NCBI GenBank assembly: GCA_964016885.1
Contig: OZ024746.1
Coordinates: forward strand, 1,302,001-1,366,000
Length of the DNA stretch: 64,000 bases
DNA from: Eledone cirrhosa
Taxonomy: Eukaryota
Direction: 5' to 3'
The notes beneath the pieces are model-generated. The model was not told the DNA's origin, ran no database searches, and saw only the letters and a list, made by a program, of their open reading frames with translations. Made by a program: the position numbers and the translations under genes. Position 1 is the stretch's first letter. Each line of letters begins with the position of its first letter. Shown piece after piece: positions 25,518 through 38,440 of the stretch.

Positions 25518-27158
25518 TGCTAGTTCTATCTATAAACTAAAATATTTACCTATAGAATTCCACTTTAGTTTGGCAACCCTACAATTGTTTGTAAGAAAAT
25601 GTTCAATGTTTAAATTTAATTAAAATCGTAAAGATTTTACTTTAAAAAATGAAACAAAATTTTTAAAAAACCCAAAGAAATGAACTTAGTTCCTATAAAA
25701 TCTTGTAAGAATTTTGATAATGTCAACAATAATGTCCTTGAGGTTCCATGTTGTCACTTGGGAATGTTCCTGGGTAATTATAATTGACAACCGAGGTCAC
25801 CTATTTACTGCTAAATACCAACTCAGACACAAGAAGCAGATGAGATATACTCATTTTTTATTTTATCTTCGTTAACTTGAAAGATCTTTTGTTTTGTTCA
25901 GGGTGTCCTTGGTTAAAATTTCAGACGAAACTTTGAAATTAACTGTCAAATATCTAAATAGCTACATATCGCTACGTTCTTTAAAATATCCTAACACACA
26001 AAATACCTTTCAAAACTTGCTTGACTTATGTCACAGGTTAGGGATAGGGATAGAGTTGATTTCCACGTACATCAATAGTATGCCGAATCTCAAGACTACC
26101 TGTTTGAAGTACTTATGTAATAAAGACTCTAAGATATACGCCATCTTTACCGATTTTTCAAACTTTCTAGCTTATTTTTTCATACAATTTCGGCTAGCCA
26201 TTATCTCATTGTGACTAAGTCTCAATTTATAATACCTACCAGAACCGTCCTTTCACTGTTCTTAAACCATCTTTTCATAATCAGACATAAAATACATTTA
26301 ACTACCTTAAAATGGAAAGTCATTATTTTAATCTCAGAAAAGCTGGAATTTGTTTCAATTTAAATTTCAGAGTTCTCCTTCTTGTCTTTCTTGTTAAGAA
26401 TTGTCATTAACACTAATGGTATTCTGTTTCATTACAATTTAAATTGATTATAAAATATATTTAGCCTACCATGCTATGTTTATCAGCTCAAATTATCATA
26501 TCTTCCGCAAATCTTTGCCTTTCACCTCACGGGGTCAGATCGTCCCCCCCCCCCTCCTTCCCTTCAAATTGCTGGCTTTGTGCCAAAAGTAGAAATAATT
26601 GTTGAAATAATATCTTTTCGAAATTTCAAATTCACGTCTTCATAAACCGAAATTGGATAGAGAGAATTTTATGAAAATCATCCATTTGAAATTATAATTT
26701 AAATCTAAATCGTAATTTAATTTTAAAAAGCTGAAATTTTTTATCGATTCAAAATCCGATTTTAAACGATAAACGATTTCACTTTAGGAAAATGTCGCAT
26801 TCATTTTTCCATCTAAATAAAATTAGAATCTTTCCTCAATTTACAGACATGCAAGAGTATCACCAATGTTGTAATGTTATAAATGTTTTATAAAAATATA
26901 AATTTCAGGCTTGATAAACATATTTTGATGTTCGTTAAGTGGTGTAATATTGGCTAAATTACAGACTTCTTTTTACAGAAATAGCAATTGGAAAATTGAA
27001 TTAGAAGATTTCGTTGTAAACTTTGACAAAATATAATAAAATACTAAATACTAAAAAGTCAAATAATAATGAAATAACGAGGTGTAATAAACTGACTGGA
27101 AAAAGATGGGCATCAGCACAAAGATATGTCTAAATTACACACACATACATATATATAT

Positions 27159-27190
<32 letters not shown>

Positions 27191-27193
<3 letters not shown>

Positions 27194-27552
27194 AAAGTTC
27201 TATTCAAAATTGTTGGGATACAACAAGTAAATATTTTTATAACTGATATAAAGCACTCGACAAGTACTTGGAGCAAATATACGATATTAATAAATGGAAA
27301 CTATATCTACAAAACCACACTTATTTCATCATACACATTTCAGGGATACCAAATTAAATCATGGTACGCCTTCATCAGACAAAACACAATATATGGTTGC
27401 ATTTTAAAAGGGTACGTCAAAGCTTATTTGTAAAACTGTTATATATTGTGTTTTGTCTGATGAAGGCGTACCATGATTTAATTTGGTATCCCTGAAATGC
27501 GTATGATGAAATAAGTGTGGTTTTGTAGATATAGTTTCCATTTATTAATATC

Positions 27553-27555
<3 letters not shown>
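27191..27555. mobile_element. Fold-back element with tail and two degenerate hammerheads
   Basis: Arms 27280-27395 and 27440-27555. ctgatgaaggcgtacc...ggtatccctgaaa. Tail motif aagcactcga at 27251. Confidence 0.8.
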
Positions 27556-27596
<41 letters not shown>

Positions 27597-27602
27597 CCGT
27601 CC

Positions 27603-27800
27603 ATAAATCACAAATACAGAAAGATTGCATTTAGTGAACATATCCTCAATTTTGCTCACAACCAACATCCAAACTTTAAAATTTTCCCCATTTACAAATT
27701 CATAGACAACGCTACTTTCATCCAACGTACCAATAAGGAAACATATTTCATTAACAAATTCCAACCTCTACTTAATGCTCTAAAAATCGGACCAAACTAA
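27603..27800 (+). pseudogene. C-terminal fragment of a Penelope-like GIY-YIG endonuclease ORF
   Basis: INHKYRKIAFSEHILNFAHNQHPNFKIFPIYKFIDNATFIQRTNKETYFINKFQPLLNALKIGPN*. The H...R..KE..FI.KF.P.LN pattern fits PLE endonucleases. The downstream sequence runs into a family-D end. Confidence 0.7.
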
Positions 27801-28207
27801 AACTGCAACAAACAATCAAACATTTACAAGAGTTACCTCCCTCACACCCTACCTAATCCTTTTTCTTAAATAAATTAAATATCATCCGGCAAGAATTGCT
27901 CTCCCCCCCCCCCCCCCCACTGCATATTAACTCTCTAAAAAGGGAAATCATATCAAACCTCAGTCCACCATTTGCCTCCATCATGGAATCATGGATCAAC
28001 TAAGCCCTCTTCCTATATTAACACATTTTGATCTGCTTAACTTCAAGAGAGAATTAGCCGCCGAAACGGCTTGAGCTCAGCAGTCGGGGTTCTACTTTCT
28101 CCTATTACCCACTCTACTACCCTAAGTATTGAGTACTTTGGTGCGTTATGGTCCATCTGGTTCCTTACCACATTTCCTTCGTTATATATATATATATATA
28201 TAATTTA

Positions 28208-28810
28208 TACGTACATATATATATGTGTGCATGTATGTATATATATACATACTACTGTACGTCTGTATACATATATGTATGTACGTATACATACTTACAT
28301 ACTTACATTTAAGTAAGTGCCGTACTAAGAGTGAGAAATGAAATGTCGTTTCATTCTATTCCATTTATCGCTTCCGGTGCGCCCGGCCGACTAGCTCACT
28401 CGATATGCAAATTAGGCTGCTCAGCCGTTAATATGCATAAGGAAAGTATATACTTTCAGACGTTCAATCATCTGGCAGGAAGGTATACGGTGCTGACGAT
28501 AGCTAATAAGCTTGAAACTAGTACATCGTTCCTGTGTCAGTGTTGAACAAAAAAGCGACGATGGTTGACTGAACACTGTACGGCGTAATTCGGGCTGTTT
28601 GTTTGTTTACAGACAAACCGAACATTATAATAAATGTTCGGTAAAACCATACGTACATATATATATATATGTGTGTGCATGTATATATATATATACATAC
28701 TACTGTACGTCTGTATACATATATGTATGTACGTATACATACATACATACTTACATTTAAGTATCAGCCGTACTAAGAGTTAGAAATGAAATTTCGTTTC
28801 ATTCTTTTCC

Positions 28811-28815
<5 letters not shown>
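28208..28815 (+). mobile_element. Retrozyme-like element: ~450-bp monomer preceded by a partial direct copy, hammerhead at 28488-28528
   Basis: 28208-28367 repeats 28650-28815. CGGTG-CTGACGA-tAGCTaataAGCTt-GAA-ACTAGT-A-CATCG. Confidence 0.8.
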
Positions 28816-28854
<39 letters not shown>

Positions 28855-29791
28855 TGCCCCCTCATTATCGGGTATGGCCATTGCACGATATACCATTATT
28901 AATAATTATCAATTAATTCTATCGTGCAATGCCTGTGCGTGAAGATATTTTTTAAAGTGAGGAAAGACTGTGCACTGAGCCAATCCCACTCTCTGATCAA
29001 TATTAACTATAACCCGGATAGAAGAAAAGATCAACATCATCGGTAACTACTGAGCCGCAGGTTTTATATCGGAGTTATCCCAGTTTCCTGAGTTGCCTTC
29101 TTCTAGAAGAATGCCCTGACAAAGACTAGGGGTCCTTTAATCCCAGTCGTTATATATGCGATCGGGTGTCCAGCCCGACTTTTTCTATGTCCCGCGCATA
29201 TACATACACATGCACCCATGTATATACACATACACATGTACATGTGTATATACATATTTACACACTTTTGGATAGCCGTTGACTCTTATGAGTTCTTCCG
29301 CCCTTTGTCACGTTTTGTTTTTTGTCCTGCAGGGTGTCCAAAATCACCCTCCTCATCAAGTAAACTTGGTGGGGTCGCCGGTTTAGTCGCACTCGTGAGT
29401 GACCCGACATATATATATACATATACTTACAAACATATTTGTAGGGTGGAATCGGTCGACAAGATCCCAGACCTTGCCAAGTGGGGTGGAACTCGTCAGA
29501 TTTGACCAAAGAAAGAATGTTTCAATCGGTCTTCTCTCAATTGCTGACACTATCTACCGGTCATAACTCCTGGCAGAAAAAGAAACATGAAATAAGGTGC
29601 CTTGATCAAGGGCATAACGTATCGCGAGGTCAGGGATTCGAACTCACAGCCTCACAGTTGTCAATCCAACTCTCTAACCTATATAATCCTCATTCAGTAA
29701 TAATAATCGCTCCATCCTAAAGTAATGGCGAAACTGTGATTTATGGTGATGAAATTAAAGTCGACGGTGACGAAGTTGAGGGGGAAACCCC

Positions 29792-29968
<177 letters not shown>

Positions 29969-30609
29969 GGGTTGTGTGGTTACAATATCACGTGGGAGAA
30001 ATGTAGGAAACAGAAAACTCGTAAGAGACAAACACGTGGACAATTCCCACACATTGACTTCTGGGGATATATACCTCGTCCATACTTATTATTACAATAT
30101 GTGTGTGTGTGTGTATGTTAGGGTGGTGGGTTGGCAGTATCGATAAAGCGTCGGACAGGATTCTTTGCGGCATATAGTTACGTCCCTTTACCATTAGGTG
30201 ATATGTGTGTAGGAACTCCGTCGGTAATGACGACGTGCTGTTCTTTCTGTTTAATATAAAGTACAATGAGTCAGGATACTTGAGACACTACTGTAGCTGT
30301 CATTACACACGTCACACTTCCTACTATGACTCATTCTAACACCACAAGTTTTCGTAGAAGGAAGGGGGGGGGTATAATAGAATAGATTTCATCAGCCCCG
30401 GAATGATGACCTCGGCTAGATTTGATATGATCCGGAACAAATATAGAAATACATCGCATCTGACGCTCTCAACATTCCGCCAATCCAATCTCTTCTTCTC
30501 ACTAATAAAAATAAAAAAAAAGGCGAGGAATAATCTTCTTGTAAAATATTAAAATACTAAAAATAGAAACTCACTTAAGAGAGCATTATATATTTAGGAC
30601 CTACTCATG

Positions 30610-30696
<87 letters not shown>

Positions 30697-30698
<2 letters not shown>

Positions 30699-31157
30699 AA
30701 AAAATAGAGGTGTAACACACGAGTTATGATATATTGGTAAACGGAAAAGAAAATGCTGACAAATTGTTCCCAGTGAAAAATAGTTTAATTAGGAATAAGT
30801 AAAAATTAGTAATAGTATTGGTTAGTATTCAGTTTTAGTTTTAAGTTTTTACCGGTTGCGCATTTCTAATGCTTTTCAAAAATAATTTTGAGATAGAGCG
30901 CCCGTGATGTTTGCTCTAATAAAAATAATTTTGAGATAGAGCGCCCGTGATGTTTGCTCTAATCTGGATTAGAGCAAACATCACGGGCGCTCTATCTCAA
31001 AATTATTTTTGAAAAGCATTAGAAATGCGCAACCGGTAAAAATTTAAAACCAAAACTGAATACTAACCAATACTATTACTAATTTTTACTTATTCCTAAT
31101 TAAACTATTTTTCACTGGGAACAATTTGTCAGCCTTTTCTTTTCCGTTTACCAATAT
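30697..31157. mobile_element. ~430-bp palindrome with variant hammerhead cores (30846-30883 minus, 31006-31042 plus)
   Basis: Arms are reverse complements with a 42-bp internal duplication. Core TTGAAAA-gcat..atgc-GCA-ACCGGT-A. A single-arm copy lies at 25292-25492. Confidence 0.8.
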
Positions 31158-31817
31158 ATATATATATATATATAATAAAATAACAGGAGGTTGGACTGGT
31201 GTAATTCCTTAAAAGGTTTATTATACTATGATCATTTCAATGACCGGGTTCAGTATGAATCCGGTGACATAATCAGGTATTCGAAATATAACAAAGGAAT
31301 ATAGTAGACAAAATCCATGGGGCTGAAAATCAGAGACATGAGGGCGACCGGGGTAGAAGCTGCTAAATGTTCGGTCGCCCTCATGTCTCTGATTTTCAGC
31401 CCCATGAATTTATAAATTTATTATAATAAATCGAAGTGAAAGCAACTGGTGCGTGTGTTTCTTATTGGCAACATGACCCTCCCAAAGTATAACAATATCG
31501 GTTTCAACACACGTTTTCAGATAAGAAATCTTGCTAAACAAATTCAGAAACGAAATAAATATGGTTTTATAAATATAGTTTCCATTTATTTAATATCATT
31601 ATATATATATATATATATATAGGAAAATGTTTCACCCCGACGGCAGAGCTCAAGCCGTTTCGACGGCTATTTCTGAACTGAGAACAGAAATAGCCGTAGG
31701 AACGGCTTGAGCTCTGCCGTCGGGGTTAAACATTTTCCTATTACCCACTCTGCTACCCTAAGTATTGAGTACTATGGTGCGTTATGATCCATCTGGTTCC
31801 TTACCACAACTCTTTCG

Positions 31818-31868
<51 letters not shown>

Positions 31869-31869
<1 letters not shown>

Positions 31870-33143
31870 TAGCAGTAAAGCCCGGCGTTGCTCGGGGTCG
31901 CTCAGTAGCTGTGTTAAAGTTACAATGTTAAGTTTCTTTTTTGGCTTAAAAACTGTAGTGTCTACTGTGCAGACTTGCATGTGGTGTTTTTGATTAATAT
32001 TCCCTCAACCAACAATATGCCTTATGAAGTTAAGAAAACATAACGATAACCCGAATGTTATAACAAAAGAGGATGCTGGGGATAGAAACTGCACTGGTTA
32101 TTTATTAACAAAGATCGAAAATGTAAACACTGCAACGCAGAGAAAAACATTAGCGTAACCAAATTATCAGTTATGTCTGTCTGCACGCCTATATCACCTC
32201 TCTGCACGACTGTCTGTCTGCACGCCTATATCACCTCTCTGCACGACTATCTGTCTGCACACGTATATCACCTCTCTGCACGACTGTCTGTCTGCACGCC
32301 TATATCACCTCTCTGCACGACTGTCTGTCTGCACGCCTATATCACCTCTCTGCACGACTGTCTGTCTGCACGCCTATATCACCTCTCTGCACGACTATCT
32401 GTCTGCACGCCTATATCAACTCTCTGCACGACTATCTGTCTGCACGCCTATATCACCTCTCTGCACGACTATCTGTCTGCACGCCTATATCACCTCTCTG
32501 CACGACTGTCTGTCTGCACGCCTATATCACCTCTCTGCACGACTGTCTGTCTGCACGCCTAACGAAATTTACAGATACATATATTTTAAATAAACTTATA
32601 TAATTTTTGCTTTTTTTTACGAAATATTTGCTTGTTTTACGTAGTCTTTAAATAGACTTGTTTTCAAGTAAAAATATTGTTTTAAAAGGCTTTTAAATGG
32701 AAATGAAGCAAAACGGAAGCTTAGTGTTCGAACTGATGAATTTTGCAGGTCAAAGTTTTGCTGGCTCGACAACTGTTCGTGTATTGTCATTTTGTGTTAA
32801 TGTCATTTTAAACGCTGAGAAAGCCAGCGTAATTTTTTTAATTTTTGCCAGCGTAATTTTTTTAATTTTTGCACGCAGAAAATGTAAAGAGAACGTAAGA
32901 CGCTACGCTGAATGTAAACAGAACAAAGGGAAATAACTGATCACTTACGCTCAAAAATCGATACATTATATTCGATTTCGTCAGATAGGGCGGGTCAATT
33001 TGAAATATTTTTTTTCCGATGTCTTCGCTAGGGCTCAATGTACAAGTATAGCAATTTCGGTGCAATTCCGTGAGAGATTCTAAGAGGAGATGTGTGCCAA
33101 AAATCGATAGACAGACAGACAACCTCAGTTTTATATATATAGA
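31869..33143 (-). mobile_element. Non-autonomous Helitron
   Basis: On the minus strand it starts TCTATATATATAAAA and ends CCCGAGCAACGCCGGG(hairpin)ctttactgCTAG, inserted between A and T. Confidence 0.85.
32174..32560. repeat. 37-bp minisatellite (~10 copies) inside the Helitron
   Basis: Unit tgtctgtctgcacgcctatatcacctctctgcacgac. Confidence 0.92.
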
Positions 33144-33331
33144 TATATATGGAAAAAAGGAAATTTCTTAGTACGGCTGATACTACTTAAATGTAAGTAT
33201 GTATACGTACATACTTATATGTATACAGACGTACAGTAGTATGTATATACATACATGCACACATATATATGTGTGTGCATGTATGTATACTACATACTAC
33301 TGTACATCTGTATACATATATGTATGTACGT

Positions 33332-33400
<69 letters not shown>

Positions 33401-33403
<3 letters not shown>

Positions 33404-33762
33404 CCAAAAGTTAAACAAGGTTCATTGATTAATCAATGAATATAGTTTTACAATAGATTAGAAGCACTCAACTGTGAAGTTTTCTGGAGTTATTAATATT
33501 AATTCCAAATATTAATAAATATAGACATTAATGTGATCAAATATATTTTATTATATATATTTCGGAGGTACTGTGCTGTTTCATCAGTATGTCCTCATCA
33601 GATAAGACTGGAATTGAACCATCAGCACAGTTGAGGTATGTCAGACATCAATTTATTTTATCTGATGAGGACGTACTGAGGAAACAGCACAGTACCTCTG
33701 AAATATATATAATAAAATATATTTGATCATGTGAATGTCTATATTTATTAATATTTGGAATT

Positions 33763-33767
<5 letters not shown>
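33401..33767. mobile_element. Fold-back element with tail and two hammerheads (33544-33606 minus, 33654-33719 plus)
   Basis: tattttat-CTGATGA-ggacgtactg..cagtacctct-GAA-ATATATAT-A-ataaaata. Tail motif aagcactcaa at 33462. Related copy at 62434-62670. Confidence 0.85.
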
Positions 33768-33793
<26 letters not shown>

Positions 33794-33983
33794 TTTAGTA
33801 CAGCATAGACGAAGCTCTAGTATACGGCCAAGCTAGCGTGTATGCTTATTCGGTTTGTAGCTTTAGCACTCAGATGAGGTAAGACCCCATAGTATAACAT
33901 TATGTTCAGACAGCTTAGCAAATTAGATATAGCAGTCGGCAGTCCGACCGCATCACTAGAGCAACGAAAACACAGGACCCAGG

Positions 33984-34085
<102 letters not shown>

Positions 34086-34237
34086 TAAATATGTCGCGAA
34101 TATACATAACATCACTATAAAAAGTGATAGAAAAGAAATCTCATTCCTAGGGAGGAAATGCTTGTAAAGTGTTCTTTTTAGATTACTTTATTAGGATTTA
34201 CCAACTCAGTGAATTTGTATAAGATGTTCTATCATAT

Positions 34238-34445
34238 AAAAATGGCTTCTACAGGACTAGAACTGTTTCATTCAAAGGAAATCATCAGGAAATCATCAGG
34301 GCTTTCCTGATGATTTCCTTCGAATAAAACACTTCTAGTCCTGTAGAAGCCATTTCTATATTAAATATTTATACTCTGCTATGTATTGAGTACCTTACTT
34401 ACTGTGGTTACCCCCGATTGAACCCAGCATACACATATCTATCTA
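34238..34445. mobile_element. Fold-back element with CTGATGA core and tail
   Basis: Arms aaatggcttctacaggactag / ctagtcctgtagaagccattt. Motif attgagtacc at ~34386. Confidence 0.65.
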
Positions 34446-35437
34446 AGGGAGCACTTGCACAACACGCTCCTGAAGTTGAGGGTTGTTCTATCGACGAGGT
34501 ATAAACAACCCATTTGTGGCGCCTCCCCCCTATTGGGGATTTCGACTGTTATAATTGTTTGTTTCAATATTTTTACACGACTCTATGTAAAATCCCCGGC
34601 ATGTGTCTTTGTATTGTCCCCTTTTCTTGTGCGCCCTTGTGGCAAATAAAGAAATGTATATATATATATATATATGTTATAGGAAAATGTTTAACCCCGA
34701 CGGCAGTGCTCAAAACGTTTCGACGGCTATTTCTGGACTTAGTCCAGAAATAGCCGTCGAAACGGCTTGAGCTCTGCCGTCGGGGTTAAACATTTTCCTA
34801 TTACCCACACTACTACCCTAAGTATCGAGTACTCTGGTGCGTTATGGTCCACCTGGTTCCTTACCACAATTCTTTGTTTTATATATTGGTTCTCGGCTTG
34901 ACCACTTCAGAGTACGTGTTGCTAAGTTCTAACATGTGATCTTATGTAGAGTCGCTATATTTTTTTTAATGGGCCTTCTCTCTACACCAGCCTGTAGATG
35001 GAAAAGATGAAGGAACGAGGGAGCACCCTCTCTCTGTGCTCCTGAGGAGAAGGGGTTGCACACTTTATTCGGGGGGGGGGGGGGTGCGACCCCCCAAAAC
35101 GCCTCCTCCCTATTGAGGACTTTATTGTTAATTTTATATTTATTTGTTTTCTTTACTCGCCTTTTTGTGTAAACTCCCCCCTTGTATTTGTCCCCTTCTT
35201 TTGCGCCCTCGTGGCAATAAATAGAAATATATATAAATATATATATATATATATAACGAAGGGAATGTGGTAAGGAACCAGGTGGACCATAACGCACCAA
35301 AGTACTCAATACTTAGGGTAGTAGAGTGGGTAATAGGAACCAGTAAGACCCCGACGGCTGAGCTCAAGCCGTTTCGACGGCTAATTCGAATTAGCCGTCG
35401 AAACGGCTTGAGCTCAGCCGTCGGGGTCTTACTGGTT

Positions 35438-35497
<60 letters not shown>

Positions 35498-35502
<5 letters not shown>

Positions 35503-35714
35503 AAAAAAAGATGAAATCAAAAATGCAACTGGAGTCTTATTTTTTTTAAATATATATATTTATTTGGTTCCTTTACCCGGTACAGGAACCAAATAAATAT
35601 ATATATTTTTTTAAATAAGACTCCAGTTGCATTTTCGATTTCATCTTTTTTTCTTTATACTTTCACTCGTGTAGGACACTTCGGTTATTTTTCATTTTGT
35701 AAAAAAAACCTCAC

Positions 35715-35721
<7 letters not shown>
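35498..35721. mobile_element. Fold-back element centred on a hammerhead stem-III-like ACCGGT
   Basis: Palindrome around tttacccggtacagg plus a ~60-nt tail. Copies at 63345-63565 (inverted) and 59586-59725. Confidence 0.8.
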
Positions 35722-35774
<53 letters not shown>

Positions 35775-35780
<6 letters not shown>

Positions 35781-36325
35781 ATACTTTGGGAGGGTCATGT
35801 TGCCAATAAGAAACCAATAAGAAACACACGCACCAGTTGCTTTCACTTCAATTTATTACAAATTAAATTTATAAATTTAGGAATTTATAAATTTCCGGTT
35901 GGTTGATTGGTTCCACAACCAGACGATTGTTCATATATTGTCAAAGTTCTTTCGTCACACATTCTGTGACCTCTTCAGTGACTGGGGATTCTTTTCTTTG
36001 TTATTGTGCCTCTCCTTTGTTCTGTCCTTACGCCATCTTGTTTTTGTGTGTGCTGTGTGCTTAGTTTGCGCATGTGTTACATCCGGGTGTCTGTGTGTGT
36101 TTATATTTGTTTATTTATTTGTTTATTTACATGTTACTGGTTGGTTGTTTGTTCTATGTGCGTGTGTGTTTTCATTTTGTCCTTAATTGTAAGTTGTGAT
36201 GTTGCTATTCCATTGAAGTGAAACAACTGGTGCGTGTGTGGCAACATGACCCTCCCAAAGTATAACAATATCGGTTTCAACACACGTTTTCAGATAAAGA
36301 ATCTTGCTAAACAAATTCAGAAACG

Positions 36326-36330
<5 letters not shown>
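35775..36330. mobile_element. Family-C element with hammerhead (35940-35982 minus) and inverted tail arm
   Basis: Reverse complement GTCA-CTGAAGA-gGTCACAgaatgTGTGAC-GAA-AGAACT-T-TGAC. Copies at 62680-63313 (HHR 63107-63149 plus), 31405-31555, 8555-8680. Confidence 0.8.
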
Positions 36331-36402
<72 letters not shown>

Positions 36403-36616
36403 GATAAATCTACCAAAAGTTTACGGTAGTGTCCAATCCGTATGAAGAACTCAATGTAATCCGGATATCATGGAAAGAAGAGATGCATTCAAAAATCACT
36501 TTCGGTGAAAGATAAACGGAATACAGAGTCAAGATAAATCAAACTTTAACTCAAATCCTTCTATAAGACTTATATGTCCCTCCAAATCTGATATTGGAAT
36601 AATTAGCAAAAAAATT

Positions 36617-38440
36617 TTGGATAGAGTCATCCCACAAATAAGAAAACATGTTAATTTACCACTCTGGGAAAACACTTCCCAGGTAATTAACTGGTTTAAA
36701 AATATTAGATGTAAATCTTCTGCTTCATTTCTACAATTTGATATAGATAATTACTATTCGTCTATATCACCTATACTCCTGAACAAAGCTTTGATATTTG
36801 CTAAAAATAGATCTAACTTAACTTTGGATGACATTAATATTATTACACATGCTAGACTAACACTTATTGAATTTCAGAATGAATACTGGACCAGAAACAC
36901 ATATAGTAATCTATTTGATATTACTATGGGTTCAAGCGATTCTGCCCAAATTACTGATCTTGTGGGCCTCTTTCTTCTTTTTAACATAAATGCTTCCTTT
37001 CCCCACCTTAAAGGTGGTTTATATCGTGATGACTGTCTTCTTCTTTCCAACAACCTTAGCCTCTCAGAAATAGAAAAAAACAAAAAGCTTATTAGAACTT
37101 TCCTTAAAGACTATTATAGTCTTCATATTACTTTTGAAAACACAAGTAAAGTAGTTAATTTCCTAGATATAACTTTAGACTTAGCTACGGGTATCTACCA
37201 ACCTTACCATAAACCCAACCAAAACTTACACTACATACACTCACAATCTAATCACCCTAAATCTATCCTTAAAAACCTTGCATATAATATATCACTTAGA
37301 ATTTCTAACCTTTCGTCTAACCAAGATGTATTTGATAAAAATGCGACCTTCTATAACGAAGCTCTAGATAGAAGTGGCCACAAAAATAGATTGGAATATA
37401 TACCTTCTACTAAAAACACTATAAACATACAACCTAATATTACCAACAAACACCAAATGAAAAGTACACACCTAAATGCCACTCACACTATACCCCAAAA
37501 TACCAACATAAAACCAATTTTCTCTAACTCCTCTAATATAAAGTATAGTAACTCTCAAAAAACTATTCATCATACAACTCTAATAAATGTTAATAATAAA
37601 ACTCCTAATAAACAAGATAAAACACCTAAATCAATAAATCTAACTAAAAATGTGCGTGGTGAGGTCATTAACATTAATCCTCCTAGTAAACATCACGATG
37701 CAACCTATAAAAATAATAAACAACATAGAAACCGTAATAGACGAGTTACTTGGTATAATGCTCCATTTAATTTACAAATTAAGGATAATGTTGCTAAAAA
37801 AAATTTTTATATCCTAGAGAAAAACTTCCCGCCAAACCACAAATACCATCAAATCTTAAATAGATCAACAGTTAAATTCTCATACTCAACAACCAAAAAC
37901 ATAAAACAAAATATAAGTGCCTATAATGCATATAAATGTAAAAAAACCATAAGTATACCACCAATACATCAAACTAACCATAATATCTCCTCAAATACAG
38001 AATTAACGAAAGGTTGTAACTGTAGAAACAAAGCAAACTGCCCATTAAAAGGAAATTGTCTTGTTAACAACATAGTTTATAAATGTAAAGTTAAAACTAA
38101 AGATTCTATTTGCTCATATATAGGAGTTACTTCTAACAATTTTAAGGTAAGGTTTAATACCCACAAACATAGTTTTAAAAATGCCGCACTGGCTAATACA
38201 ACATCTCTAGCAGAAAAAATTAATAGTTATAGAAATAAGAATATAGAATATGATATGACCTGGAGTGTGCTCAAAAGAGCCACCCCTTATCAAAATAATA
38301 GAAATGAATGTAGATTGTGTTCCCAAGAACTATTTGAAATAATGAAATCTAAGGATATCCTATTAAATAAGCGACAGGAATTAATTATATCGTGTAATCA
38401 TAAACTGAGAAAAACATTTAAATATTATAAACCTAATTAA
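36617..38440 (+). CDS. PLE reverse transcriptase-GIY-YIG endonuclease (N-terminally truncated, frame open from ~36535)
   Basis: FDIDNYYSSI, MGSSDSAQITDLVG, YRDD, FLDITL, SNHP, CNCRNKANCPLKGNC, IVY...YIG, RFNTH, CRLC..E, LLN. Upstream in frame: NFNSNPSIRLICPSKSDIGIISK. Confidence 0.92.
   Translation: MDRVIPQIRKHVNLPLWENTSQVINWFKNIRCKSSASFLQFDIDNYYSSISPILLNKALIFAKNRSNLTLDDINIITHARLTLIEFQNEYWTRNTYSNLFDITMGSSDSAQITDLVGLFLLFNINASFPHLKGGLYRDDCLLLSNNLSLSEIEKNKKLIRTFLKDYYSLHITFENTSKVVNFLDITLDLATGIYQPYHKPNQNLHYIHSQSNHPKSILKNLAYNISLRISNLSSNQDVFDKNATFYNEALDRSGHKNRLEYIPSTKNTINIQPNITNKHQMKSTHLNATHTIPQNTNIKPIFSNSSNIKYSNSQKTIHHTTLINVNNKTPNKQDKTPKSINLTKNVRGEVININPPSKHHDATYKNNKQHRNRNRRVTWYNAPFNLQIKDNVAKKNFYILEKNFPPNHKYHQILNRSTVKFSYSTTKNIKQNISAYNAYKCKKTISIPPIHQTNHNISSNTELTKGCNCRNKANCPLKGNCLVNNIVYKCKVKTKDSICSYIGVTSNNFKVRFNTHKHSFKNAALANTTSLAEKINSYRNKNIEYDMTWSVLKRATPYQNNRNECRLCSQELFEIMKSKDILLNKRQELIISCNHKLRKTFKYYKPN

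Noticed and set aside
36617-38440. Selenoprotein-type Naiad ORF
   Set aside because: No in-frame TGA in the retained frame and no SECIS identifiable by eye.
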